From NCBI GenBank assembly GCA_030583785.1, contig CP129475.1, positions 351,559 to 415,558 on the forward strand: a stretch of DNA of 64,000 bases, read 5' to 3'. Below the pieces are notes generated by a model. It was not told where the DNA came from and did no database searches. It saw nothing but the letters and a program-made list of their open reading frames with translations. The translations under genes were made by a program, and so were the position numbers. Of the stretch, positions 37,308 to 47,703 are shown in pieces; positions within the stretch are counted from its first letter, which is position 1; every line of letters starts with the position of its first letter. The stretch is from Candidatus Dojkabacteria bacterium. GTDB taxonomy: Bacteria; Patescibacteriota; Dojkabacteria; B142; OLB20.

Positions 37308-39903
37308 ATTCATTGCTCTAATCATTGTCTCAATATTCTTTTTCCTTTATCAAACAGAAGATGTAGAGGCTGCAATATCATATAACGGTGGTTGGTATAC
37401 AAACCTCTGTGGAACTGGCAGTGCAGCTACAGCCTATTCATGTCCAGCAAGTTGTAACCCCAATAGTGGTAGCTGTTCTGGAACATGGGTAGTAAAATTC
37501 ACATGCGGTGGAAGTGTCACCGAGTGTAGGAGTAATGAAAGCGATGGTTCAACATTCCATTCATTTGACGCCTTAAATAACCAGACACAACAAATTGATG
37601 TATTTGATAGAAACTGCAGACCAAATGGTAGAGGCAATGCCCCTTGGGCGTGTGGACCAGAAGCACTTAGAGGTTACATGGTCTGGTATCATCCCTCAAG
37701 GTGTACTAATAGCTGTACAAATTCTAATCCAACTGCACCCTCACTCGGTTCTCCGGCAAATAATGCGAGACTTGCTACTAATACTGTAACCCTTACATGG
37801 TCACATAGCAACTGGGGAGGTTGTGGAGGTAACAGCTGTGCTGGAGGATGTTCGGCTACAACACCAGGAAGATACAGGCTAAGAATTTATGGGCCCGACC
37901 CTCGTGATGTTTACCTTGCAGGGAATGTCAGATCTTATACTGTAGTTCTTAGCGGTCAAAGTCATAGCTGGACGGTTCAAGCAATAAACAGATGCAGCAG
38001 AACTGCTACCTCTGGAGTTCGTTCTTTTACTATTAATAGACCGCCAACAACAACCGCCAACATCGTAAGTAATGAATTATGTTTAAGTAATAATTTGTCT
38101 TCTGGCTGGTCTGGAATTCATGAAACAAGAGCCCTTGAAGGTAGAAAGGGGATCAATAATCCGTTGCGTGTTAATGCTATCTATAGCGATGCCGACGGAG
38201 CATCGACACTTCAATACATGCTTATCCGTTATGGTAATACTGCTAATTCGACTGCCTCCAAGCTTGCTTCTGCCGATTTAATTAGACAAGGAGCATTAGG
38301 CACTATATGGCAAAATTCAGGTATTTATCGACTTTATTACCAAGGAGGAACCAACAACAATAATAATGCTCAAATCGGTAATGGAGATGCGATATGCACT
38401 ATGGCAGGTAGTGCGATCCAAGTTCCTTGCAATGTCGCAAACATACCCGACCAAGCAATAGCATATGCCTATCCCAGAATAATTCGACCTGCAACTGCAG
38501 CAGAAACGAGTCAACCAGGGTCTTTGTTTGTGGAATGGGAATTAGGTTTCTTAAACAATTCTGTATTCAACGGCAATGGAATCCTTCATAGTTACGCAGC
38601 AGACAACCTAAGCGTTAATAGTGGTTATGTAGCTCAGGGGAACTGGAGAACAGACCTTATTGCACCTTCTTCAACAACTAATAGCCAAATAATATCGAGA
38701 ACAGCAATAAGTGTGGGTTATCAAGCCACAGATAATAACTCGATACTTGCAAATCAAAAGACATGTAGAACCAATATCAATCAAGGGAATCAAATCATTC
38801 GTTTGACTCAAACAAATCCATTAATACCAACACCACTCGAATTCCCAACGGCGAACACAAGCTTTACGCCATGTTTTGATAATAATTTAGGAAACTACAA
38901 TTATTCGCTGAATGAACCCCCAAATGACGGAACACTCGAATTTCTAGTCGAATCAACAGATATAGCTTGCAATTCAACGCTGTCAAACACTTCATCGATA
39001 CGACTGAAACAACCTTGGATGGTATCTTTTGAAGGAGATCTTTACTCAAGGAATGGCTTAAGGCAAACATCGATATCAGATATTAATGAAATGCGAAGCA
39101 CATACCTTGCAGAATATAACGGTCAGATACCATACATTTCTGGCTATAGTTTCATGCAAAGGTTAAATTCGAATGTTAGTCGCGCATCCAAATTAAACTT
39201 TAGGTTGAATAATTACGAAGATCTAAACTCGAAACCAAGAGCAACAACAGGATTTGCAAATTGGTTCGATTATGTTTCCGCATCAGTTGATGCTATTTCA
39301 GCTAATCGAACAACATCGTTTAACGGAGATCAAAGTTTTACAGGCTCTACAAATCTAGTAGGCGAGACTCCAACTAATGGTTTCCCTGGCAGTCTTCCAT
39401 CTGAGAGAGTAAACCTTGTCCGAGTAAATGGGGATTTAACTATCAGCAATCTTGTATGTAATACCAAAACAATCTTTCTAATTAACGGAAACTTGCAGGT
39501 GGAACCTAATGTGACAATACAAGACAACCCCATTAGCGGAATAGTAAATGGTTGTATGTTTGTTGCCAGTGGCAGTATAAATGTATTAGAAGGAAACGAC
39601 GCAGCAGGTGGAGCCGACACGGGCACAAACACCGCCTACGATGATGTTTACGGCTTCTTTCTAGGTGAGAGTTTTACCACTCAGGCAGATACGAACTTTA
39701 ATGGTTTACGGATTAAAGGTTCAGTTATTGCGGAACTAGAAAATAATTTAAACAGAAGCAACGGAATAGTTCTCAATCAATTTGCGCCTGCAGAAATATT
39801 TATTTATGATGGCGGTAGATACATAGGCTTATTCGGAGATATTCTAAGTTCTCCACTTAATTATAATATTGCAGAGAAAGGATTCCTTGATGCCCTTGAT
39901 TAA
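37297..39903 (+). CDS. Large secreted Cys-rich protein, paralog 1; candidate pilus-associated adhesin
   Basis: 868 aa. It has a signal peptide (MKIRFIALIIVSIFFFLYQTEDVEA) and an N-terminal Cys-rich module of about 200 aa. The C-terminal half is collinear with the next gene (GINNPLRVN; EWELGFLNN; NLVCNTKTIFLINGNLQVEPNVTIQDNPISGIVNGCMFVASG; IYDGGRYIGLFG). Confidence 0.7.
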   Translation: MKIRFIALIIVSIFFFLYQTEDVEAAISYNGGWYTNLCGTGSAATAYSCPASCNPNSGSCSGTWVVKFTCGGSVTECRSNESDGSTFHSFDALNNQTQQIDVFDRNCRPNGRGNAPWACGPEALRGYMVWYHPSRCTNSCTNSNPTAPSLGSPANNARLATNTVTLTWSHSNWGGCGGNSCAGGCSATTPGRYRLRIYGPDPRDVYLAGNVRSYTVVLSGQSHSWTVQAINRCSRTATSGVRSFTINRPPTTTANIVSNELCLSNNLSSGWSGIHETRALEGRKGINNPLRVNAIYSDADGASTLQYMLIRYGNTANSTASKLASADLIRQGALGTIWQNSGIYRLYYQGGTNNNNNAQIGNGDAICTMAGSAIQVPCNVANIPDQAIAYAYPRIIRPATAAETSQPGSLFVEWELGFLNNSVFNGNGILHSYAADNLSVNSGYVAQGNWRTDLIAPSSTTNSQIISRTAISVGYQATDNNSILANQKTCRTNINQGNQIIRLTQTNPLIPTPLEFPTANTSFTPCFDNNLGNYNYSLNEPPNDGTLEFLVESTDIACNSTLSNTSSIRLKQPWMVSFEGDLYSRNGLRQTSISDINEMRSTYLAEYNGQIPYISGYSFMQRLNSNVSRASKLNFRLNNYEDLNSKPRATTGFANWFDYVSASVDAISANRTTSFNGDQSFTGSTNLVGETPTNGFPGSLPSERVNLVRVNGDLTISNLVCNTKTIFLINGNLQVEPNVTIQDNPISGIVNGCMFVASGSINVLEGNDAAGGADTGTNTAYDDVYGFFLGESFTTQADTNFNGLRIKGSVIAELENNLNRSNGIVLNQFAPAEIFIYDGGRYIGLFGDILSSPLNYNIAEKGFLDALD

Positions 39904-42379
39904 AAGATCAAGCCATAACAGTCCGATAAAAGTTCTTCTTGGCCTTGGACTTTTTGCACTTTTGCATTTTCTATTAGTTCAGTTAGCGTTCACAGAATAT
40001 CCGGATCCACTGCAGGCAAAATTTAACGAACCTCTAGGGAACAAGAATGAACCGTCTGTATTGAGTGGATCACTCTCGATTTGTGGAGGAACATGTGTAA
40101 CTAATCAAGATTGCAGGCCCTCGACTGGTGGTGCACCGGTTATTTGTCATAATGGCAGATGCGCAAATGTCAATTGTCCAAATAACACAACAGCTGGGAC
40201 AATCTGTTATTGTGGCAATACTCGAGGATGCGGTCAGAGATGTGGAAAAAACCAACTTCCACTGTGTGGCGATGGGGTAAGTGAATGTGGATTTATTTTT
40301 ACTCAACCCGGATCATTCTGCAATGAGTCATATAACCCTGGTGTAAGTGACCCAAACTATAATCAATACTGTCTACCAACAGATCCAAAAAATGGTTATT
40401 CACGAACAAGATGCCCAGCTAATTTAATTGCTGCCTCATATTTGGTTAAACCTGATGGCACTCAGGCGAGAACTCAGGCCGAGGTAGTCGAATCTTGTGT
40501 GGAAGCAAATTCAGCTCCAACCACATCTGGAATAGTAGTTAGCAACCAAATTTGTCAGAATGGGGCAGTAATTTCTGGACCTGGAGCAAGCTGGAGTGGA
40601 ATCCATAGCGGTAGTGCTTCGTCTGGAATCAATAATCCGTTAAGAGTTAGAGTAACTTATTCAGACAATAACGGGATTAATGACCTGCGTTTCTTACAAA
40701 TATTTCTAGCAGAAACATCAAGAGGCACAAACCCAGATACAATAAATCTTGCCTTTGCAGCTCATGGAACAATTGATTACCAGTCTGGTTCACCTAGGAT
40801 AGTGGCAAGAACTTCTGGAACTAGCGTTCCGGTAGTTGGAAACAGCAGAACTGCCGTCTGTTCAGGTACTAACCAGATCCTCTGTAATATCGATAATCTG
40901 CCTTCGGCTGTTAATGCCTACGCCCATCCTGTAAGTATTAATACACTTAACGAGAACAATCTCTCAGTAGAGTGGGACTTAGGTTTTAAAAGTAACTTCA
41001 ACGGTCCCGTCCGACTTTATGCAAGAGTTACCGACAGTAGGGGATCAGCCAGCAGTTGGGTAACTATTGCCAATTGGAATATTGATCTGCAAGCTCCAAA
41101 TACTACCATTACTTCAAGTTTGCAGAATGCCCAAGCTGTTGTAGTAAATTATCAAGCTAGCGACAACAACGGAACAGTAACCTCAATTCGGAAAGAATGT
41201 GCAAGCAATCTATTGCCAGAGGAAAGCATTACCCTTCAACAGGTTTTTCCTGCCATTGCTGGAACAAATAGCAGAACATTCACCGGAAATTCAACTTATA
41301 CTCCTTGCTTTGATTCACAATCTGGTCAGACTTTTTATCAGGTTAACGATGTTTCGAGAAATGGAATGATAACCTTTCGAATGACCGCCAGCGATATTGC
41401 CTGCAATTACTCTCCGTCAACTTCTGCAAACTTGTCTTTAAAAAGCCCTTGGTTTACGACTTTGTCGGGCGATGCATATGCAAATCAAGGATACAGACAA
41501 ACTACGCTGGCCGATATAAATGAAATAAATAATGCATTACTTCCAACTCTACACCAAAAAATTCCATACATCGCTCAATACAGCTTGATGCAAGGTATAA
41601 ATAGTACTTACGCTAAACCCTCACAGTTCAACTTCTTGCTCAACAACTATCAAGACGATAACGACAAACCGAGAGCAAGCACTAACTTTCCAGATTGGTA
41701 CACTTATATTTCTAATAGGGTAGACAATGTATTATCCGCTTCTCAGATTAAAACAGTTAGTGAATCTTCTACATTTGCTGACCTGACTACCGAGTCACTG
41801 GCAAAGCAACTTGAAATTGACCTAGTATCGGGTGGTTTCCCTGGGGCTACAGTTAAAGACCGGGTAAATGTTATCAGGTTTCAAAACAACTTATCACTCA
41901 CTAACATTACCTGTAATACAAAAACTATCTTTATAGTTGAAGGCGATTTATCGCTGAATCCTAACTTATCAATCAACGACAATCCCTTAAGCGGGATTAT
42001 TAATGGCTGTATGTTCGTGGTTAAAGGAAAAACTATTATCCTACAAAGCTACCCAAGAACGGTAAATCCAAGAACACTTTCTGCAACTCCGCCTCCTTTG
42101 AATACAGCAACCAGATACGATAGCGTAAATGCATTTATTGTAACTGATGAATTTGAATCCCCATTTGATGCTCAGTTCGAAGGGCTTATTATTAACGGAT
42201 CAGTAATCGCTAACAAGTCAATTAATTTTAATCGGGATAACGGTGTTTTCTTAAACAGCAGGACACCGGCAGAAATAATTACATACGAGGGAGGAAGATA
42301 TATTAATTTATTTGGAAGCATTATTCAGGCACCGCAAGACTTTAATATTAGCGAGAAAGCTTTTCTTGAATCATTTTAA
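39869..42379 (+). CDS. Large secreted Cys-rich protein, paralog 2; candidate pilus-associated adhesin
   Basis: 836 aa with a signal/TM segment (VLLGLGLFALLHFLLVQLAFT) and a Cys-rich N-terminal module (CGGTCVTNQDCRP...CHNGRCANVNCPNN). It shares conserved blocks with paralog 1 (NITCNTKTIFIVEGDLSLNPNLSINDNPLSGIINGCMFVVKG; ITYEGGRYINLFG). Confidence 0.7.
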   Translation: MQRKDSLMPLIKRSSHNSPIKVLLGLGLFALLHFLLVQLAFTEYPDPLQAKFNEPLGNKNEPSVLSGSLSICGGTCVTNQDCRPSTGGAPVICHNGRCANVNCPNNTTAGTICYCGNTRGCGQRCGKNQLPLCGDGVSECGFIFTQPGSFCNESYNPGVSDPNYNQYCLPTDPKNGYSRTRCPANLIAASYLVKPDGTQARTQAEVVESCVEANSAPTTSGIVVSNQICQNGAVISGPGASWSGIHSGSASSGINNPLRVRVTYSDNNGINDLRFLQIFLAETSRGTNPDTINLAFAAHGTIDYQSGSPRIVARTSGTSVPVVGNSRTAVCSGTNQILCNIDNLPSAVNAYAHPVSINTLNENNLSVEWDLGFKSNFNGPVRLYARVTDSRGSASSWVTIANWNIDLQAPNTTITSSLQNAQAVVVNYQASDNNGTVTSIRKECASNLLPEESITLQQVFPAIAGTNSRTFTGNSTYTPCFDSQSGQTFYQVNDVSRNGMITFRMTASDIACNYSPSTSANLSLKSPWFTTLSGDAYANQGYRQTTLADINEINNALLPTLHQKIPYIAQYSLMQGINSTYAKPSQFNFLLNNYQDDNDKPRASTNFPDWYTYISNRVDNVLSASQIKTVSESSTFADLTTESLAKQLEIDLVSGGFPGATVKDRVNVIRFQNNLSLTNITCNTKTIFIVEGDLSLNPNLSINDNPLSGIINGCMFVVKGKTIILQSYPRTVNPRTLSATPPPLNTATRYDSVNAFIVTDEFESPFDAQFEGLIINGSVIANKSINFNRDNGVFLNSRTPAEIITYEGGRYINLFGSIIQAPQDFNISEKAFLESF

Positions 42380-42399
42380 ATAATTTATCAGAATATATT

Positions 42400-43317
42400 A
42401 TGAAAAATAGGCGCTTAAAAGGACAAATATTGGTTATTGTCCTACTTGTTCTTTCAATTCTAGGAATCTTCGTAGTAGCAATCGCTTCAAACACCAGAAG
42501 AGATGTTGCTGAAAGAGTAAGAAACGAAAAATATGAACAGTATTACTCTTTAACAGAAAGAAGAATCCTACAACTTGTACAATCCACAAATGAACTTGAT
42601 ACACTTTCTGAAATTGTTCAAGCCACCGATGAATGCATTAGTGGAGTCTCTTCTGGAACTTATGTCTGCAGCTATCTAGATAGTTCGCAAGATGAATCAG
42701 ATGACACAGTAAGCATTCGGGTTAATGTACAAGATACTAATCGAGTAGAGTCTTTACAGGTAGAAAAGGATCAAACCTTTAAAGTTGATTTGAATATCGG
42801 TGAAAGAGGTTACAAAGACATAATCAGAATGAAATGGACTGGCTCAAGTGTAGCTTGGATTATTTCTTTAGATTATCTTGATCTGACAGATGGAATGTAT
42901 AAAGTTTTAAAAGGAGTCTATGATGGTAGCGGGAATGTATATGTACAAGGTATCACCACAAATAGTTTTACTTTCAATCAATTAGTGGAGAATGACACAC
43001 CACTAGACAGAGCAAATGCAGTTGAGTTCAGCATCGGATCGGCAACAATAACAAACGACTACAAAGCAATCGCCCTTCGTCTAAAGCCGATAATAACAGG
43101 AGGTGAAAGACTAACCCAATTAAGCCTAACTGGAACATCGAGCCTCCCGAATCAAGTTAGAAAATATATCGGGGAGGGGATATCTGCAAGCGAGAGTAAT
43201 ACAGGAGCAGATTCACCCACAGCAATTCTTGAAGCACAAATTCCATTACACCCAGCTCCTGCAGAATTCTTTGATTATGTCCTTAGAACTGAAGAATCAG
43301 TTGTAAAGCCTATGTAA
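42400..43317 (+). CDS. Hypothetical secreted or membrane-anchored protein
   Basis: 305 aa with an N-terminal hydrophobic segment (ILVIVLLVLSILGIFVVAIAS). There is no canonical prepilin motif. Confidence 0.55.
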   Translation: MKNRRLKGQILVIVLLVLSILGIFVVAIASNTRRDVAERVRNEKYEQYYSLTERRILQLVQSTNELDTLSEIVQATDECISGVSSGTYVCSYLDSSQDESDDTVSIRVNVQDTNRVESLQVEKDQTFKVDLNIGERGYKDIIRMKWTGSSVAWIISLDYLDLTDGMYKVLKGVYDGSGNVYVQGITTNSFTFNQLVENDTPLDRANAVEFSIGSATITNDYKAIALRLKPIITGGERLTQLSLTGTSSLPNQVRKYIGEGISASESNTGADSPTAILEAQIPLHPAPAEFFDYVLRTEESVVKPM

Positions 43318-43323
43318 TAGCAA

Positions 43324-43953
43324 TTACCTACCAGGTATTGTTGGAGTAGTCTGAGTTGGGGAAGAGGTTGGTCTAGGCTCTTCTGTTTCTGGTTCAACAA
43401 AAAAATCACCCAAGGTGAAGTTTCTGGTTGATACAGCAATCTGTCTAACTTGATTGTTTACATCGAAGTTCGGATTTGAAGCAGAAGAGTAAAGCGTAAC
43501 AAGTATTGTTGATCTTGTTCCGTCTGTACCTGAACTTAAGTTTACTTCGAAGTTTAACCTTTCAAAGGTTATCAAGTCTGATGATTCAAATAGTAGTTGT
43601 TCATCTGGCACAGATTTTTTACAGATTTTTTTTATGCCTTCAGAAGAGCCGGGGCAATCATCAGTCCACACAAATTCTTCGATATGAGACATCAGGCATC
43701 GATTAATTGTTCTATTTTCTAGACTTGTTTCTCCACATTCTCCGATGAGTCTTGCATTCCTGACATCTCGTTGTATTAGGGTTCCAATCTCTGCAAGTTC
43801 CTCTCTAATTTGACTCCTAATAAATGTCTTTCTGCTGACTTGTATATTGATTAGTATAACCTGGCTGATCATAGCAATTAAAATGCCAAATATGGCGATC
43901 GTTATTAACATTTCGACTAAAGAAAAGGCTTTTATTGTTTTTCTGTTCCTCAT
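43324..43953 (-). CDS. Type IV prepilin-like minor pilin or pseudopilin
   Basis: 209 aa: MRNRKTIKA|FSLVEMLITIAIFGILIAMI. It has an F at +1, an E at +5 and a hydrophobic helix. Confidence 0.7.
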   Translation of the reverse strand: MRNRKTIKAFSLVEMLITIAIFGILIAMISQVILINIQVSRKTFIRSQIREELAEIGTLIQRDVRNARLIGECGETSLENRTINRCLMSHIEEFVWTDDCPGSSEGIKKICKKSVPDEQLLFESSDLITFERLNFEVNLSSGTDGTRSTILVTLYSSASNPNFDVNNQVRQIAVSTRNFTLGDFFVEPETEEPRPTSSPTQTTPTIPGR

Positions 43954-44513
43954 TGACTTGATCCTCCGGTATTTCGATAACCAATAATTTCGTTTCTACT
44001 GATTCCTTTTGATGTCTGGTAGTAAATAATTGAGCGAATCTCAAAGCTGTTTCCTGCAGTTTGCTGTAAAAGTATTTGATTACATACCAAAAAGTCTGGG
44101 AAATCCCTTAATACAACACGGTACTCAGAAGAATCGCTGCAAGTATCAATGACATCAGCCTGATCCATTTGTCTTAGAGTTGTGAGATTTGGGTTCTCGG
44201 TGTCAATCTCTGAACTTACCGAGAAAGCAAACTCTCTTCTGCCTGCGGTAAGCTGATTCAGCACAGGAACTGCAGCAGGGGATTTCATGTATTCCATCGA
44301 TCCTACCATCACTGCATTTGCCGTATCGGCCAGCTCATTATCTTTTACTGTTCTTAGAGAACCTATGGCCAAAGACACTGTAGCAATCATTGCTGTTGCA
44401 AAAATAGCAATTGCCACAATAATCTCAACGAGACCAAACGCATTTCTAGATTGTTGGTTGTTATATTCTTTATTCATTCTCAACGATACCAAATGAATTC
44501 TGGACTGATTCAA
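43950..44513 (-). CDS. Type IV prepilin-like minor pilin
   Basis: ...NKEYNNQQSRNA|FGLVEIIVAIAIFATAMIA. The second Met (position 44477) would give a 13-aa leader. Confidence 0.65.
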   Translation of the reverse strand: MNQSRIHLVSLRMNKEYNNQQSRNAFGLVEIIVAIAIFATAMIATVSLAIGSLRTVKDNELADTANAVMVGSMEYMKSPAAVPVLNQLTAGRREFAFSVSSEIDTENPNLTTLRQMDQADVIDTCSDSSEYRVVLRDFPDFLVCNQILLQQTAGNSFEIRSIIYYQTSKGISRNEIIGYRNTGGSSQ

Positions 44514-45078
44514 CCTTAATAGTATTCTCGGCTCCGGACTGTTTATGTCTAACCTTTAGAACACAATCATCTTCAAAAAAAGTAATGTTATTTGAATTAG
44601 CAGTTCCGGTTGCTACCTTTATGTCTCCAGTTAAATTTTCAAAAAGGACATTCCTACAAATTGGGTTTGCTCCACCTTGAAGTACATATTCTATTTGCGT
44701 TGAAATGGCTGGAGATTTTAGAGATACACGAGTGTCAATTGTTCCATTGGAGCCATCATTACATATCCAGTTTGAATTCGAGCTAGATGTGCTTCGAGAG
44801 CATAAAGTGCGAACCATATCGTCTTCTAAAAATGTGATATTGTAGGCGTAGATTGTTTGTTGACCAGGAGAGCTTCCAAGAATTAAGTCTTTTGGCAATG
44901 TATTGTTTTTAGCTAAACTTCGAGTTTCTTTCATAATGATAATAACCTCGTTTACTGATTGTCCGAATTCGATACTTCTTCGAAATGACAGAAAGCCCCA
45001 GATTCCCAAGGTAGCCGTGATACCTACGATCGCCATAATTACAATCAATTCAATCAGACTAAATCCAGATCTTTTCAA
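44470..45078 (-). CDS. Type IV prepilin-like minor pilin
   Basis: 202 aa: MKRSG|FSLIELIVIMAIVGITATL, a canonical G-F-x-L-I-E class III signal. Confidence 0.75.
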   Translation of the reverse strand: MKRSGFSLIELIVIMAIVGITATLGIWGFLSFRRSIEFGQSVNEVIIIMKETRSLAKNNTLPKDLILGSSPGQQTIYAYNITFLEDDMVRTLCSRSTSSSNSNWICNDGSNGTIDTRVSLKSPAISTQIEYVLQGGANPICRNVLFENLTGDIKVATGTANSNNITFFEDDCVLKVRHKQSGAENTIKVESVQNSFGIVENE

Positions 45079-45130
45079 GATTAATTACCTAAGTTATCTA
45101 ATACTAGATAGTGCAAGTTAGCATGTCAAA

Positions 45131-45901
45131 TTAGCTCAACTGAAGTATTTCGATAAAGAGAAAAGCAACGGACCCGAAGTAAAGAATTGTTGCTAAAGGA
45201 ACAATTGTGCTTAATCCACCACCTTTAATCATTTTAATTGCTCCCCAGCACAGACCAACAACACAACTAATAAAAAACACTTCGAGAAGTCTTGATGAGA
45301 AAACTAGGGCTAAAGAAGCAACAATTAATACATCAAGCGAACCGACCTTTGTTATTGGAATCCGGGATAAAACAAATGTTCCAATTGAAGCTATTAACAA
45401 AGTGATAACCATTTGATCGACAGAGCCTATAGGATTATTTGATCCAAAAAAGTTAATTACTGCAGCAAGACCCGCAATGAATAGAATCACAATTGTTAAG
45501 TTCTTTGGAATGCTGAAGTATAAGTAGTCATAAACTGCTATGGCAAGAAAGAGAGTGAAGTAACTTGTGTAGACGATAAAAGGTAGCCAAATATGAGGCT
45601 CTGTGGGATCGTAGAATCGCCAAGATATAATAAGTAGACCACTTGCACTTAATAACTCAATAATGGGGTAGAGGATCGACAACTTCTCTCCATTTGTTCG
45701 ACTTCTGCCATGAAAAATCACAAAAGAAATGATTGGAATTAAATCTATTGCTGCTAATGGCTTGCCCGTGGCATCAGCAAAAGACCTGCCCCCCAAGGGT
45801 ATATTATGCCGAACTCTATACACCAGCATATTTACAAAGCTCCCAAGACAAGCACCTAAACCAAATATCAGTAGATTAAGGATGATTAGATAGAGCTGCA
45901 T
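45131..45901 (-). CDS. pilD: Prepilin peptidase (A24 family, PilD/GspO)
   Basis: 256-aa polytopic protein: LGACLGSFVNMLVYRV... and multiple TM helices. It is adjacent to the pilins. Confidence 0.7.
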   Translation of the reverse strand: MQLYLIILNLLIFGLGACLGSFVNMLVYRVRHNIPLGGRSFADATGKPLAAIDLIPIISFVIFHGRSRTNGEKLSILYPIIELLSASGLLIISWRFYDPTEPHIWLPFIVYTSYFTLFLAIAVYDYLYFSIPKNLTIVILFIAGLAAVINFFGSNNPIGSVDQMVITLLIASIGTFVLSRIPITKVGSLDVLIVASLALVFSSRLLEVFFISCVVGLCWGAIKMIKGGGLSTIVPLATILYFGSVAFLFIEILQLS

Positions 45902-45968
45902 AAGGCTTGATATACAAATAAAATAACAAAACTGGGGCCATTAGCCCCAGTTAAATCTTCTGTTAGTC

Positions 45969-46466
45969 TTAGTTTGATCTTGGTTCACAGGTTGTTGTTG
46001 ATGTACCAGCCTGATGAACATCACCATTTTCAAGTCTTACCGCTAACGAGTAACCATCTGTCTGCGACTCAAAACACCATTGGCTACTGTCTGTAGAGGT
46101 TGTGTTTCCGGCTAATAAAACTCCAGAACTTCCTCCGGAAGCAACAGGACCATCAATAACTGCTGCACCTTTTAGAGGTATAAGAACACATTTATCAGCT
46201 GCTGTGCAATTTGCCTTTGATTGTGCCAAAGTAGGGGATATAATTACGGAATCATCTTCAAATTTGATCGACCTTGGAAAAGCTTGTGTAAGATTTAAAT
46301 AATCAGCGATCCCGGCATTAATATCCTCTGCCGCAGCTCTTCTGGCAACATCGCGTGCATTTCTTTGTGCAGCTGCTATACCAAAAAGAGACAACCCGAT
46401 CAGAATTCCAATGATTGCCATCGCAACTAAAAGCTCAACAAGGGTGAAAGCCTTCTTTTTTTGCAT
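45969..46466 (-). CDS. pilA: Type IV major pilin (PilA-like)
   Basis: 165 aa: MQKKKA|FTLVELLVAMAIIGILIGL, with a C-terminal Cys pair (CTAADKC...CFESQ...CEP). Confidence 0.75.
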   Translation of the reverse strand: MQKKKAFTLVELLVAMAIIGILIGLSLFGIAAAQRNARDVARRAAAEDINAGIADYLNLTQAFPRSIKFEDDSVIISPTLAQSKANCTAADKCVLIPLKGAAVIDGPVASGGSSGVLLAGNTTSTDSSQWCFESQTDGYSLAVRLENGDVHQAGTSTTTCEPRSN

Positions 46467-46485
46467 GATTTAAATTATGAAATAA

Positions 46486-47703
46486 TTAAACTATGTTTGC
46501 TACATTATAGATTGGCAGATAAACAGCCACAGCTAATAATGCAACTAAACCACCTACTATTAAAAGAATAAGAGGTTCCATAAGCTTTGTCAAATTGCTT
46601 GTGATTTCTTCAACCTGATCTTCGTAAAATCTAGCTAAATCACCCAATATCTTATCTAAAGCTCCTGTCTGTTCACCTGTTGAGATCATTTTTAGAACTA
46701 TTAGCGGCACTACTTTGTTTCTGCCTAATGGTCCTGCAATTTGTTGTCCTTTCGATACTTCTTGAGCAGCATAGAACAAAGCCAATTTGAAGTGAATGTT
46801 TTTTAGTGCCTTACCAGTCGCTGTCAAGGCATCAATTATTGGAACTCCGCTTTTAATCAACATCTGTAATAATCTGACCATTTGTAAGACTTGTGATTTT
46901 GCTTGCAGGTCGCCAAAGACTGGAACTTGCAGAAGCAGTTTGTCAATAAATTTCCGTCCTGAATCGGTTTTATAATAAGCACGAAATCCGAGAATCGTGC
47001 TGGTGACGGTTACAAAAGTTATTAATAATCCTAACGGATCGCTAAAGAAATTACTTATTGTAACCAAGGCCTGAGTTATTGCAGGTAAATCACCACCGCC
47101 TAGATCGGCGTAGAGATCTTCAACCGCAGGAATCATAAACACTACCAGTACTAACACAACAATGATTATTGCCAGAAATATTACAGCCGGATAGATCATC
47201 GCCCCACGAATTTTTCCGTTTATTTGTGCCGTTTTTTGTAAATCCTCGGCAATCTGCTGAATAATCTCGACTAGATTTCCCGATTTCTCTCCGGCATCAA
47301 TAAGACTCAGCTGTAGATCGTCAAATATTGCCTTGTTTCTTCCGAAGGAGGTCGCCAAAGGCAGTCCTGATTGAATATCTTTATAAACTTGAGTAAGTTG
47401 TTTTTTTAATCCAGTGTATTTTGTTTGCTCTACTAGAATTTCTAGCGAACTTGCAACTGGCAGACCAGCAGAGAGCATTGTTGCTAACTGCCTTGCGAAA
47501 ACAACTTTTTCGTTAAGCGGAATTCCTCCAATCTGGATATCGTTTAAGTTGCCAAGATTTAAACCAATCTTTTGATTAATGGAGATAATAATTAACCCCT
47601 GTTCGTGAAGAAACGAAGCAACATCTTCTCTGGTTTGAGCCTGCCTTTCGCCAGTTACTTGTTCACCAGTAGCCTTTGTTGCTGTATATGTGAAGACTGC
47701 CAT
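46486..47703 (-). CDS. pilC: Type IV pilus platform protein PilC (GspF family)
   Basis: 405 aa with two GspF-type repeats and three TM segments. Confidence 0.8.
   Translation of the reverse strand: MAVFTYTATKATGEQVTGERQAQTREDVASFLHEQGLIIISINQKIGLNLGNLNDIQIGGIPLNEKVVFARQLATMLSAGLPVASSLEILVEQTKYTGLKKQLTQVYKDIQSGLPLATSFGRNKAIFDDLQLSLIDAGEKSGNLVEIIQQIAEDLQKTAQINGKIRGAMIYPAVIFLAIIIVVLVLVVFMIPAVEDLYADLGGGDLPAITQALVTISNFFSDPLGLLITFVTVTSTILGFRAYYKTDSGRKFIDKLLLQVPVFGDLQAKSQVLQMVRLLQMLIKSGVPIIDALTATGKALKNIHFKLALFYAAQEVSKGQQIAGPLGRNKVVPLIVLKMISTGEQTGALDKILGDLARFYEDQVEEITSNLTKLMEPLILLIVGGLVALLAVAVYLPIYNVANIV

Noticed and set aside
42400-43317. 305-aa protein as a further prepilin
   Set aside because: It has a hydrophobic N-terminus, but there is no G/A-F-x-x-x-E cleavage motif and the N-terminal region before the helix is long and basic. 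It was kept as a hypothetical exported protein.
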